From Selaginella moellendorffii (Eukaryota > Plantae > Lycopodiophyta), in assembly GCF_000143415.4 (NCBI RefSeq), contig NW_003314350.1, forward strand, positions 372,001 through 436,000: DNA of 64,000 nt, in the 5' to 3' direction. Positions 22,831 to 35,725 of the stretch are shown in pieces (the first letter of the stretch is position 1; every line of letters begins with the position of its first letter). The notes beneath the pieces were generated by a model, which was not told the DNA's origin, made no database searches, and saw only the letters and a list, made by a program, of their open reading frames with translations. Made by a program: the position numbers and the translations under genes.

Positions 22831-25464
22831 ATGAGGTGGGTCTTTTTGAGGGGGATCTTCAGGGCCTTCCACACCAAAAGAACTCCTCCGCCATCGTCAC
22901 AGCTCGAGCTGACGACGAAGAAGAACAGCCGCGATGCGAAAGAGGTGCTCGAGAATTACGACAGTTTGAAGAAGCAGGGAGTGAAGCCCAGCATTTCTCT
23001 CATTGTCTCGGCGTTGAAGGCATGCAGCGGTTTGAAAGACTTGAAGAAGGGCATGAGGATCCATTCCGAGATCATAAGCAGTGGTAACGATGGAAACATC
23101 TTCGTTCAGAGCACACTCGTGGACATGTATTCCAAGTGTGGAAGCATGGCTGATGCCCGGCGGGTTTTCGACTCCATGTGTCATCCCAACGTTGTATCCT
23201 GGACGGTGATCATCTCGGGGTACGTTCAGTGTGGAGAGCCGGAGACTGCTCTCAAGCTTTTCGAGCTCATGCAGGAGAAAGGTGTGTCGCCTAACGAGCG
23301 AACATACGTTGCTGCGATCAGAGCCTGCTCTAGCCTTGGTACTCGAGAGGACGGAAAACAGGCTGATGGGAAAGTCACAAAGGCTGCTAGCTTGGAGACA
23401 GGCCGGTTGATACATTCCCAGCTTGCGAGCAAAGGCTACGAGCGTGACGCTTTTGTTGCGAGCTCTCTCGTGGATATGTACTCCAAGTGTGGAAGTATGG
23501 AGGATGCACGGAATGTCTTCGACAAGATGACAAGGCGGGACTTGATATCGTGGACTGCAGTGATTTTGGGCTATTCTCGAAGCGGTGATGGAGGACAGGC
23601 TCTGGATTTATTCTCGAGGATGCAAGACGAAGGCTTCGTGCCAGATCCTCGAACATTTCTGGCTGCTATCAACGCATGCACTAGCCTTGCGGCCAAGGAA
23701 GTGGGGAAACAGGTTCAAGGAAAGCTCGTGAAAGTCGAGTGTTTGGCTAGAGGCACTGCCATCCATTCTCAGCTTTCAAAATTTGGACATGACCGGTCTG
23801 ATCTATTCGTGGCGAGTGGCTTGGTGGACATGTACGCTAAGTGTGGCAGCATGGTGGATTCCCGGCGAGTTTTCGAGGCGATGAAGCAGCGTAACCTGGT
23901 GTCATGGACTTCGATCATACTTGGCTACGCTCAGAGTGGAGAGCAACCAGAGCTGGCTCTCGATTTGTTTACTCGGATGCAAGCGGAAGGTTTTCAGCCC
24001 AATGCTAGGACTTTCGTCGCTACTTTGAAGGCCTGCTCAAGCTTGGGTGACAACAAAGAAGGCGAGAAACAGGCTACAGCGCTAGCGAAAGGACGACAAA
24101 TTCACTTGCAGCTCTCAAAGCACGGGTACGAATCTGATACATTCGTTTCTAACTCTCTCGTGGATATGTATGCAAAGTGTGGAAGCATGACCGAGGCCCG
24201 TCAGGTTTTTGAAGGCATGAAAAGCCATACAGCAGTATCATGGAACGCGATCATCATGGGCTACGCTCAAGCTGGCGAAGGCGAGCAGGCTCTAGAGCTC
24301 TTCTCACGCATGAAAGAGAAGGGATTCGTGCCTGATGTTCCAACGTACGTCTCGGTACTCAAGGCTTGCAGCAGCCTGGCGGCTCTCGAGTCCGGAAGGA
24401 GAATCCACGACGAGCTCAGCAGTGCTGGATACGGAAAAGATGACTTGGTGGTGAACTCGCTGATCAGTCTCTACGGCAAGTGTGGCAGCCTGGTGGAAGC
24501 TCAGCAGGTGTTTGATTCAACGTCCAAGCGGGATTTGATAAGCTGGAGCGCTTTGATAGCAGGATATGGCTACCAGGGTGACACAAAGCAGGCTTTTGAT
24601 CTCTTCGAGAGGATGCAAAACGAGGAACGCCTCCAGCCGGACGGTGTAACTTTCCTGTCGATCCTCACGGCTTGCAGCCACGCCGGGCTCGTGGACAGGG
24701 GCAAGGAATACTTCCAGGCGATGTGCTCTGACTACGTGATAATTCCCAGCATCGAGCACTACACTTGCATGGTCGACTTGCTGGGCCGGGCCAACCATCT
24801 CGACGACGCGGTGGCGATGGTGCGAGGCATGCCTTACGAGCCAAACTCGACCGTGTGGATGACGCTGCTGGGGGCTTGCCGGAAGTGGAAGAACGCAAAG
24901 ATTGGAAAGGTGGCGTTTGAGTCGCTGGTGAGGATCGACGAGAAAGATGGCGCTGCGTACGTTCTCATGGCGGACACTTACGCGAGCCTCGGGTTGTGGG
25001 AGGAGAGCGCGAGAGTAAACGCGATGAGGAGGAATACGAAGGCTTGGAAGAAGCAGGGACAGAGCTGGTGGGTCGATCGCGCCGGGAAGATCCACAGGTT
25101 TGGAGCTGGAGACTCGACGCATCCACAGATCGAGGAGATTCGCGCGAGGATGAGAGAAGTGGTGGCTCGGATCAAGGAGGAAGGCTACGTTCCCGACGTG
25201 AGCAGTGTGCTGTATAACATCAGCGACGAGGACAAGGAGGCTGCGCTGTGTGGACACAGCGAGAAGCTGGCGATCGGGTGTGCGCTCGTCAACTCGGCTC
25301 CAGGGACGAGCGTGAGGATCGCCAAGAACTTGCGAGTTTGCGAGGATTGTCACAAGGCCACGGAGATTATATCGAGAGTGGAGCGGCGAGTGGTGGTGTG
25401 TAGAGACGCGAACAGGTTCCACGAGTTTAGAGATGGCAAGTGCTCATGTGGTGGATTTTGGTGA
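22831..25464 (+). CDS. PLS-class PPR protein with DYW deaminase domain (WW-type), organellar RNA editing factor
   Basis: Repeated LVDMYSKCGS..ARRVFD..VSW motifs, E domains, GQSWW box, HSEKLA, CEDC, terminal CSCGGFW. Confidence 0.96.
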   Translation: MRWVFLRGIFRAFHTKRTPPPSSQLELTTKKNSRDAKEVLENYDSLKKQGVKPSISLIVSALKACSGLKDLKKGMRIHSEIISSGNDGNIFVQSTLVDMYSKCGSMADARRVFDSMCHPNVVSWTVIISGYVQCGEPETALKLFELMQEKGVSPNERTYVAAIRACSSLGTREDGKQADGKVTKAASLETGRLIHSQLASKGYERDAFVASSLVDMYSKCGSMEDARNVFDKMTRRDLISWTAVILGYSRSGDGGQALDLFSRMQDEGFVPDPRTFLAAINACTSLAAKEVGKQVQGKLVKVECLARGTAIHSQLSKFGHDRSDLFVASGLVDMYAKCGSMVDSRRVFEAMKQRNLVSWTSIILGYAQSGEQPELALDLFTRMQAEGFQPNARTFVATLKACSSLGDNKEGEKQATALAKGRQIHLQLSKHGYESDTFVSNSLVDMYAKCGSMTEARQVFEGMKSHTAVSWNAIIMGYAQAGEGEQALELFSRMKEKGFVPDVPTYVSVLKACSSLAALESGRRIHDELSSAGYGKDDLVVNSLISLYGKCGSLVEAQQVFDSTSKRDLISWSALIAGYGYQGDTKQAFDLFERMQNEERLQPDGVTFLSILTACSHAGLVDRGKEYFQAMCSDYVIIPSIEHYTCMVDLLGRANHLDDAVAMVRGMPYEPNSTVWMTLLGACRKWKNAKIGKVAFESLVRIDEKDGAAYVLMADTYASLGLWEESARVNAMRRNTKAWKKQGQSWWVDRAGKIHRFGAGDSTHPQIEEIRARMREVVARIKEEGYVPDVSSVLYNISDEDKEAALCGHSEKLAIGCALVNSAPGTSVRIAKNLRVCEDCHKATEIISRVERRVVVCRDANRFHEFRDGKCSCGGFW

Positions 25465-25613
25465 GTGGAAAAAATGACAAGTTTTTTCACTCTTGTTATG
25501 TTCAATTCCGATTGACAACCAACTCAAAAAAAGAAACAAGAACATCAAGTTGAGATATCCTCTTCTTCTTTACATATGTTCTTCTTTTTTTAAAATAAAG
25601 GATCTTATCTCGT

Positions 25614-27053
25614 TCATTTTTTCAAGTTTGTCAGGAAATCTGATAGCCTGTTTCCAAAGGATCACGTTAGAGCTCAAGAACAAGGAAATCACTTGTTTCA
25701 CCTGATATTTTTTGCAATTACAGTGGTTCCCTCCGCGGTTCCCAGGTGCCGGAGCTTCACTTCTTCCTTTGTACCATCACCATAAGCGTGCTGCGAAATC
25801 AATCCACACAAACTTAGCTCGATGGAAACTTAACGAAGAACAAAACTTTACCCTGTAGAAGCAGCTAGTTCCAAACGGACAAGTGCTATTTCCATATTCA
25901 AAATACTTACAGTCGATCGAACTAGCAGCGAGAAAAACGAAGTAAGCTACTTGGAAACCAAGATCAAGAAAGAAAACGATAGACATACCTGAGCTTGTTC
26001 TTATATCCGTTTACAATCTCTTCCTTCTCCTCCGTGTTGGAATACCAAACAACGCTGGGAATCACGTAATGCGATGAAACTCGGCAAATCGGACAAGCTC
26101 GAACGATGGTTTCCAGATCCATGCCGGGGCGAGTGCCACCTCTCCAATCTCGTATACACGCGATGCAAAACGGATGATCACACCCGGACAAGATCCCAAA
26201 CTTCCGGTCGGACATGGAAGGCTTGGAAAGAACACGCTCCAAACAAACGCTACACTCGATGTCCTGGCTCATGCGGAGTAACTCGAGACGCTTCTGGCTA
26301 CGCACACACTGCTCCCTGTGTTCTTCCCTCTCGGCCTCTCGAAAGGGATGCAAGCAATGCTTACCGCAGCTCTCGCACAGATCGCCATGGAGATTGGAGC
26401 ACGAGTCTCCATAGGGGCAGTAGCCGGCGGCGGCGAAAGAACAGATGGGACGATCGGCCAGATCCAAGCTTGCGGTGTCTGGAGCTTGGAACTCTTCCCA
26501 GGGATCCGGCTCGAAGGTGTCGAAGGTAGCGAGAGATGGCGATGGAGCTGGAGGAGGGACTAGGGGACGCTCTTGCCAGGCGTTTAGAAGAGGCGATGGA
26601 GCTGGCGGAGAGGTGGTGGTGGCGGTGGTGGAGGTGGTCGCGGAAGAGCTGGGAGCTTGCGAAAAAACTGTTTTTGGAGATGGATGATCTTCGGTGGAAG
26701 ATGGAGATGGAGCGGGATTAAACGGTGGAACAAATGGAAGCTTTGGGCGAGGGAGTCTTACGTGCTCGTAGCGGCAGCGGCTGCCATAGGAGCAAACACC
26801 GCGCTGGTAAAACGTACAAATCTGCGAGGAAAAACGCCCGAGAAAAAACCAAGAACAAATGGAATTGGGGATCGAACAGAAAGAGCTTACGTTGCTGGAT
26901 GGATCGTCGAAGCTGTGGGAGAATTGGCAGGAATCGCCCTTGAGGCACGCGCCGTGGAGATAATACTTGCAGAGAATTCTACATTGGATCAATCAATTAG
27001 CTGGAAAAACGAGAGATTTCTTCTGGGCGGGGCGCGCACCTGTGCTGCGGCAT
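25614..27053 (-). CDS. Makorin-type E3 ubiquitin ligase (CCCH plus RING), multi-exon
   Basis: MPQHR|ILCKYYLHGAC, CCCH fingers, RING CSVCLE..CDHPFCIACI..CPIC, CPFGTSCFYRH, ending LSDFLTNLKK*. Confidence 0.93.
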
Positions 27054-27261
27054 CACCGCGACGAAGAACCCTACGACCTAATTCCCTAAAGGTAAAAAGT
27101 ATTAACCACTTATAGACTATAGTTTGAGAATTGGCTGGAAATCCTTTATATGACAAAGAAGAAGATTAATTACATACCACATCGTCTCTACCTCTAACAT
27201 CTCTTTGGGATGAGATTGCTTTTTCAACACTCCTTTATTGTTTTATGAGTTCCAGGCCTTT

Positions 27262-28670
<1,409 letters not shown>

Positions 28671-28889
28671 TTAAGGAAATTAATAATATAGAACGACCGC
28701 CTTTTAGAGAAACTTCAAACTGATGAGATATATATATGACCCTGGCACTATCAATAATTTAGTGAAATCTTTGGAGTCCAAAAGTGTGCTTCGAAGTAAC
28801 TGTGATGCATGACTGGCTTAGTCTAGTCTCACGAGAAGTCGTCTCATCTAACAAAATATCAAACTCATCTTGATTAAAACTAGAAAAAC

Positions 28890-29247
28890 TGGGACGACCG
28901 GCCAGATCCAAGCTTGCGGTATCTGGAGCTTGGAACTCTTCCCAGGGATCCGGCCTAGCGGACGCTCTTGCCAGGTGTTTAGAAGAGGTAACTTCGTGGG
29001 CAACGGAGCTGGCCGAGAAGTGGTGGTGGCGGAAGAGCTAGGAGTTTGCGAAAAAATTATTTTTGGAGATGGATGATCTTCGGTGGAAGATGGAGATGGA
29101 GAGGGATTAACCGGTGGAACAAATGGAAGATTTTGGCGAGGGAGTCTTACGTGCTCGTAGCGGCAGCGGCTGCCATAGGAGCAAACACCGCTCTGGTAAA
29201 ACGTACAAATCTGAGAGGAAAAACGCCCAAGCAAAAACCAAGAACAA
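28890..29247 (-). pseudogene. Partial makorin duplicate (exon 3 region)
   Basis: Near-identical to about 26447-26858 with deletions ([26 protein letters not shown]). Confidence 0.9.
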
Positions 29248-29604
29248 GGGCTTGTTTTTCACATATTTTTCTTCTCCACTTGGCTAGATCTCCCGCCAGG
29301 AATTGCTCAATCCCCTTTCCAGTTGGAATCAATCTGCACGCGCATTGGAGCAATTTGCGCAAGAATCGCAGTATACTCTCATGATTTTCTTTTAAGAAAC
29401 ATTCCAGCTCAGGTCTCCAACTTCAAGCAAAATTCTCAGTACACTTTGTCGCTGGCAACCCGAGTTATATATATACGTCCATTTGGAAGACAGATACTTG
29501 ATGTGGTTCAAAGTCGGTAGAAGTGGAAAATCTGTAACTTCACCAAAATCCCGCCACGTGTACGACACTTCATCAGTTAATTGCCACGTCACCAGTTAAA
29601 TATA

Positions 29605-29738
29605 GGACGGCCCAGATCGCTTAAAGATCGACGGCTTTGATTTGCCCAAAGTGGACGGCTCAGATTGTGTATAAAAGAACGGTCCAGATTGTTTTAAACA
29701 CACGGTCTAGATTTTACATCTAAGGACGGCCCAGATTT
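29605..29738. repeat. Six-copy ACGGYYYWGAT motif array with 24-bp period
   Basis: ACGG starts at 29607, 29631, 29655, 29679, 29702 and 29726. Confidence 0.8.
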
Positions 29739-30237
29739 TATCTAGCACATTGAGGATCCATGTAGCTTGGCATTCTTGAGCTTGACCTCACGCCACCTGA
29801 AAGGAGAAGACAAAGGTAAGTCAAGAGAAACAACAAAACAAGTAAAACTTAACCTGGAGTGAACAATTTGCGGAGCTTGAGAGCAGCTTGAAGTCTCCAC
29901 CGTCTCAGTTGAGTTGGAACTGGACACAGACATTGATTCCACTCTCGGCATATCTGCTCGAGGAAGATAAAAAAGATAGAAGATCAGAAGTTTGACAAAA
30001 CTGGAAGAGAGATTGTCATACTTACTTCGATTCTCCTAACGATCAACTTCCAGGACGAAAAGGCGAAGCCAAGGACGAGAGCTTTCCAACAATCTTGCCG
30101 CTGATCAAGTCCCGGATGCACGCTACGAGTATCAGAGGCGCTAGGGTTTTGAGGAGTCGTCAGGAGGCTCGGGGTAAGTTCTTTTGTGAGATCCTCACAA
30201 CGTTCATAGCTCAAACTCACTGCAGTGGAGGGAGGCC

Positions 30238-31460
30238 TTGAACAAGCTCGTGCCTTTGCTGTATCAACACGAGGCGGATGAAACAGAGGCCAACCTCGAA
30301 TCCTCCTCCTCTAGCGCCCAGAGTAGGACGGAGGAGGCGCTCGCCAATGCAGGGGAACACCCCCTCGCACGGGCCAGAGTGTTCGTGCCCTTCATACGAA
30401 AACGACCAGACAGGAGAGATTCCTTGGACTGCGACAGCTATAACCAGGAAACCTCGCAGTTTCACGGCCATCTGACGAGCAGGTGGCAGAGCATGGGGCG
30501 GAGCATGGTACCGGGTATGGCATGTCCCATGGTAGATTTCTCGAGCGAGCATGAGTGGCTGCCTAAAGAGGACAATCCTTACAGTCTCGGTCGGCAAGGC
30601 TCTACTAGAGTGGACAGGACCCCCAGCGCGAGGCAGAGCGACATCACGCTTGACAGCTTTCAGAACTTCTGGGCAAGCAAGAGGGGCGTCGTCCTGGAGG
30701 CTCTTCCCGAGGAATGCCTGACCCAAGGAGTGACGGATGAATATGTGAAATCGTATAAAAAGCAGTGTAGTCTGTTCGTGGAGCTTGCCAAGGCTATAGC
30801 TGCTGCAGAAGGGGTGCACGTTGACATTACGTGGGGCTCAGAAGGCGCTGAGGACCCTGTTTTTGAGGGAGGTACTCCAGAAGGCCAGACAGTTTCTTCA
30901 AAATCGGCGATACATGGATCGGTATAGAGTTGAAGACTACAAAGGGTGATAGCCACAAGATTGCCGAGTTATTCTTGGTAACGTGTTGTGGAGGCGGAGA
31001 AGCAGATCCGAGCTGTTCTACACGTTCCAGAATGAAGTCCTTGGCCTTGTCGGGAACGGCATCGGCGTGCAATGCGTGAGGCAGATCCATGCTTATGGGC
31101 GGCGCGTGAAAACTTATGACCGGTCGCTGCTTCCACTTGCGAATGTGGATTTGGAACCAGGAGATTCCTACGTGATAGACAAGGAGTCACCGTCTCTGGA
31201 GTGGGTGGCCGCTGCTCTTTATCGGGTAGTGATGACCAATGCGTCCAACATGAGTGCTCGTGGCGAAATGGACCAGGACGGCTTCCACTGCAAATACGGC
31301 AGCCTCAAACTCCTGACCCGGGTCGGCAACGACTATCTCCAGCTTGCAAGCGTGACAAGAGTCGCCAAGGAAGTTATGGTAACTGCTACCCGGAACAACA
31401 GGATATCCGTGGTTATGAAAGTCTTGTGGGAAGGCGAAGTGTGGTGAAGTTGGCCACAGA
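30238..31460 (+). pseudogene. Frameshifted PD-(D/E)xK nuclease plus kinase-N-lobe-like relic (Crinkler-like)
   Basis: The frame bridging the two ORFs reads RRPDSFFKIGDTWIGIELKTTKG; the second ORF ends LLTRVG...VVMKV. Confidence 0.4.
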
Positions 31461-31539
31461 AGCAGAGGCACGCAGCAAGGCCCTTGAGGAACCTGACGAG
31501 CTCCCTACTGGAGGCTGGGAAAGGTGGTTCCAGACGGCC

Positions 31540-31775
31540 CCAGCATGTCGATCCTCACGCCGGGCTAGAGTTCTTCGAATCGATGGAGCGGCGATTTGGG
31601 AGATGGAGCACTAAGTCGAGGATGGCGAGGAAGATGCCATTCGCGGCAAATGCGGTGATTGTGCTGGCGGCGTGTCGGAAGTGGCGGCGCGTGGAGATTG
31701 GCGAGGTTGCGTTTGAGGTTTTGATCGATCTGGGCGAGCGGCATGCTGCAATCTATCTCCTCATGGCTGGGGGGT
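31540..31775 (+). pseudogene. PPR S2/E-domain fragment
   Basis: KMPFAANAVIVLAACRKWRRVEIGEVAFEVLIDLGERHAAIYLLMA parallels the E domain of the PPR at 22831. Confidence 0.75.
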
Positions 31776-32793
31776 GGGCGGATCGAGAGCAATGCGATCG
31801 TTGTTTCATGCAATTCAATACCCAAGTTACCAGTTCAACCATGTGTGAGCGAAGTCAAACCGCGCCGACAGCAGAAAGATCGAATCCTTCACTCATAATT
31901 AAGAAACTATAACGATTTGAGAACTGCAAAATTTACGTCTCCCTGAACGATTCTTCAGTCAAGAGTTTCACGCCAACTCTCCGATTCCGGCTACACTTTT
32001 GTATGCAGCAATCGGAGTGGCTCGCAATCCATAGCCAACACTGGCTTCTCCGCCCTGAATTATGCTATCTTCTTTTCGCTCAGCTTCATGCAGCATATTT
32101 GTGGGGAGCACCTTCTGTTGTCCCGCCACGAAGCTCCAGCCAAGTCTGTTCACACCACAGGCAACGGAATCAAGAAAAGAGAAAGGACAGCAACTTACTT
32201 GCGCAGTAGCAGCCGGTAAAGGTGACGTCCGTGCTCCTCGATGAGAGATGTCACGATCGCAGTCCTGATTTGCAGAACCTCAAACTCATCACCAGGCACA
32301 GCAGCATCGCATCTTGAGGCAGCAATAAAGCAAGCTCTCCTCGTCGTGCACCACGTCCGTGGACCTCCCCCCACAAAAGTAACAATCCGGGGGCATCTCC
32401 CAGTTGGGGATTTTGGGTATACCATACACCACCTCCAAACTTGGCCAGGCTTTGTCCACCACGCGTACCAGGCTCGAAAATGGACAACTGCAGGCCAGAC
32501 ACCCAGTCTATCAAGCTGTAGACACTATCCTTGATAGACTTGGGCTCCATCTTGGACTTGGAGATTTTAAATTGGTTTTAATTTAAGAAAATACAAAATC
32601 CATGTATCAACTGTGTGATTAAAAGTTTTAAACCATAGTTGTTAAGAAAATAAATCACAACCATTCAAAACCTAGAATCCAAGCTGTTAATATAGCATAA
32701 AATAGAATATGCTCAAACTCCCAATGAGCAAACCAAAAAACACAAATTTTTAAACTGGAATAATAATTCTTTTATTTATTGATTGCTATCTTG

Positions 32794-32870
32794 GAGAGAT
32801 TTCTTCTGGGCGGGATCACCGTGACGAAGAACCGTACGACCTAATTCCCTAAAGGTCAAAACTATTTAAC
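32794..32870 (-). pseudogene. 5' end of the duplicated makorin gene
   Basis: Matches 27011-27107 but lacks the ~20-bp segment holding exon 1 and its splice donor. Confidence 0.8.
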
Positions 32871-33253
32871 CTGGTTTTAGGGCTTTTCCTCTTTTGTTTC
32901 CCGCCACCTTTTCATCCAAAGCTTATGTTTAGAGTTCCGTTTCCAACCAAAGGAAACAGAGTATATTCCAAGAAAAAAGGTATCATTTAAAAGGTAAAAA
33001 GAGGTATTATTAAGCTAATTAATTTGGTTTATTAATTAGTAAAAAGGAGAGAAAAACCACAAAAAGGGGGGGAAAAACGAAACAAAAGAGCCGGTTCTCA
33101 TCACCTCGGGAATGACGCTGATCATAGCAGAGTTCCTCCGCTACAGCTTCATAAAAAAAAAAGAGAGAAGAAAACAAAAAGAGAGAGAGAGGACTCCATT
33201 TTTCTTTTTTGCGCTTCTAGAGTCGTCATGTACAGTGTCGTTGTGATGAGATT

Positions 33254-34983
33254 TCACACGTTGAGGATGACCGAAGCAACCTTGTCCTTCCTTTGGACGG
33301 CCTTGACCGCGGCCACTCTCGCAGCGTTTGCTGCTTTGTTCGCGGCCGCCACGGCCTTGTTGACGCGATCATCCACTCGCGGAACGTCCAGGGCTTTCTT
33401 CCCAGCTCGTCTCGCTTCCTGGAAGCAAGAGCTCGATTAGATCCGATCGAGAAAGCTAAATCTTCGCACTTGGCTGCTACTAAGACTCGAAGAACTCGAA
33501 GAAAGAAGACGAGTTTGCTACTAAGACTCGAAGGACTTGAACAACGTGAGAGAGGAGTTTACCTGGACGACGTTGAGAACTTTGGCGTGGCTTACGGCCG
33601 TCGAGGAACCTGGAGCCGGGTTCAGTGTGCTGGGAACCTCCAATGCACCGCAGTTCCAGTGGCCGGCCTGCGTCTCGCCGTTTCGAAACGTGTAGAGTCC
33701 CAGGCCTTGCTTGCGGCCTTCGTGCCAGGCACCCTCGTACAAGTGCCCGTTCGCAAAGTGGTAGACTCCATAGCCATGCATCTTGTCGGCGAAGTACTCG
33801 CCAGCGTAAGTATCACCGTTCCTGGAACAAAGCCAAAAGAAAGGTTGGAAGAAACTTTCTCGGACGATCAAGCTTACCTGAATCTGTAGTAGCCAAAACC
33901 ATGCTTCATCCCACGCTTAAACTCCCCCACGTACCGACTTCCATCCTCGCAAGTCTGGACGCCATAGCCGTGACTTTGGCCTCCACACCACTCCCCGGAG
34001 TAGACATCTCCCGTGTAGAATCTGTAAACTCCATAGCCGTCTCTCAATCCTTGCCTGTACTGCCCCCGGTACCGGCTTCCTCTAGCCCAAGTCTCGACGC
34101 CATAGCCGTCATACTTCCCATCCACCCAGTCTCCCTCGTATTTCCCACTCAAGTAGAAGTAGTAGACACCACTTCCCGAGAATCTTCCCTGGTAGAACTC
34201 ACCTTCATACACGTCTCCGTTGCTGTATCTCTGCACGCCTTCGCCAAAAAGCCGGCTTTTCTCGATCCTCGGCTTGGAACCGATAGTCCAGGTGATTGTC
34301 GGCCCACCAGCAGTAGCAGCCGAGGAAGAATTCGAGCACCTCTTGTCCCTGTGATCGTCCAGGAAAATCCCCAGCGGCCGCAGGAGCATCCCATTCAGCC
34401 GGCTGTGCGCCAAGATGGTCCGAAGCACGTAGAGCGAGTGCGACTTGGAGGAGACGAAGTGGACGAGAGCCACCCTCGCGCAGAAGGCCAGAGCCGCGAA
34501 GAAGAGCAGCATCGCGAGAAAATCCAGCCAGAAGCTCCCAGTGCTGGAGCCCGAGTAAGAAGAACTGGCGCTGGTGGATAAGCCCAAGCTCGAGGAAGAC
34601 GAAGATGGAATGCTCGTAAACTTCCAGTACCACCACACGAAAGGGACGAGGACGAGCACCACTGGAGGTAGCAAGAGCTGGAACTCAAACCGGGTGCCTC
34701 TTTGATGAAAGCCCACTATATCCTGTCCTCGCGGAGTCTGGTCGACCTCTGGCAAGAATCCACCGCCGCTACGCCCACCACCACTACCACCACCACCACT
34801 ACCGCCGCCGCCGCCACCTACATCGCTGCTCAAAGAGGAGGAAGAGCCCACTGTGAGCTCCGATAAGCACGAGAGGCTATCAATCCCGGCCTTGACAGTC
34901 GGCGAGCGGCACAGCGATGGAGAGCGTCCTATCTTGGAGATTATCAGTGATTTTCCAGTCGCCGATGGAGACTCGATCTCCAT
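33254..34983 (-). CDS. Membrane-anchored MORN-repeat protein, 3 exons
   Basis: Two TM segments, many YEGEF/HGYG MORN repeats, C-terminal AVAAANKAANAARVAAVKAVQ. Confidence 0.92.
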
Positions 34984-35725
34984 TCTTCTAGCTCTTGGAT
35001 TTTCCCCTCAAGACACCATAATCCGCTGCCCTGTGCATCCTAGAATCCCTCTAGCTCCTCCTACCTCGCATTCTTGGCCGATGATCCAGCGCTGGAATCG
35101 TGGCAAGCTCGCGCATTCCAGGAGAGGGAGAAGCAAACACACCTCCACTGTAGCAACCCTAAAACAACGAAGACGATCGCGATTCGCGATTGCGTCGCTG
35201 GCTTGTCACTGCCAATACTGCCGCGCCGATCCAGGAACCCTAGGCGGCGACCTGCGCGCGCCAGGAGAATCTCTTGCGCGCCCTCGCGTTGCTCGCGAGT
35301 GATTCTCTCCCTCGTTTTTTTCCAGCAAAGAAAGAAGCTAAAATGGTAAGAAAATCCTCTTTTCACCTGATTAGTAAAACCGTTTGCCACTTAGCGGGGT
35401 GAATATGCCGCGGAACATGCTCTCAATTATGCCGCTTGCCAGCGTGGCCGATAGCGACTTAAGATTAATCAATATGATTGGATGGTTTGGAAGAAATTTT
35501 TCTCCTACGTTTTGTATGATACTATCGACCTGGGCCTACTTTCTAAGGTTGAAAGAATCTAGGATTCAAATAATAAGAATATCTGATCATCAAAGGTTCT
35601 ATATAAAATATCTACTGGTAGTATACAAGTTTTATAATAATATTATAATGTAAAGGTTAACTAAAAGATAACACAAATTGGCCTTTAAGCCCTTGAAGAG
35701 AGAATTAGGGCTTTAGGTTTCTAGC

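Noticed and set aside
24517-25422. Long antisense ORFs (301 aa here; also 2391-3110, 33625-34581, 41116-41898)
   Set aside because: Shadow ORFs of GC-rich coding strands with no recognisable motifs.
29605-29738. CRISPR-like repeat-spacer appearance
   Set aside because: The repeats are only 11 bp and degenerate with 12-13 bp spacers, there are no cas genes, and the context is eukaryotic.
31950-32560. Short minus-strand ORFs, and similar ones at 55040-55900 and 60950-61300
   Set aside because: They look like decayed spliced gene fragments but I could not assign any family.
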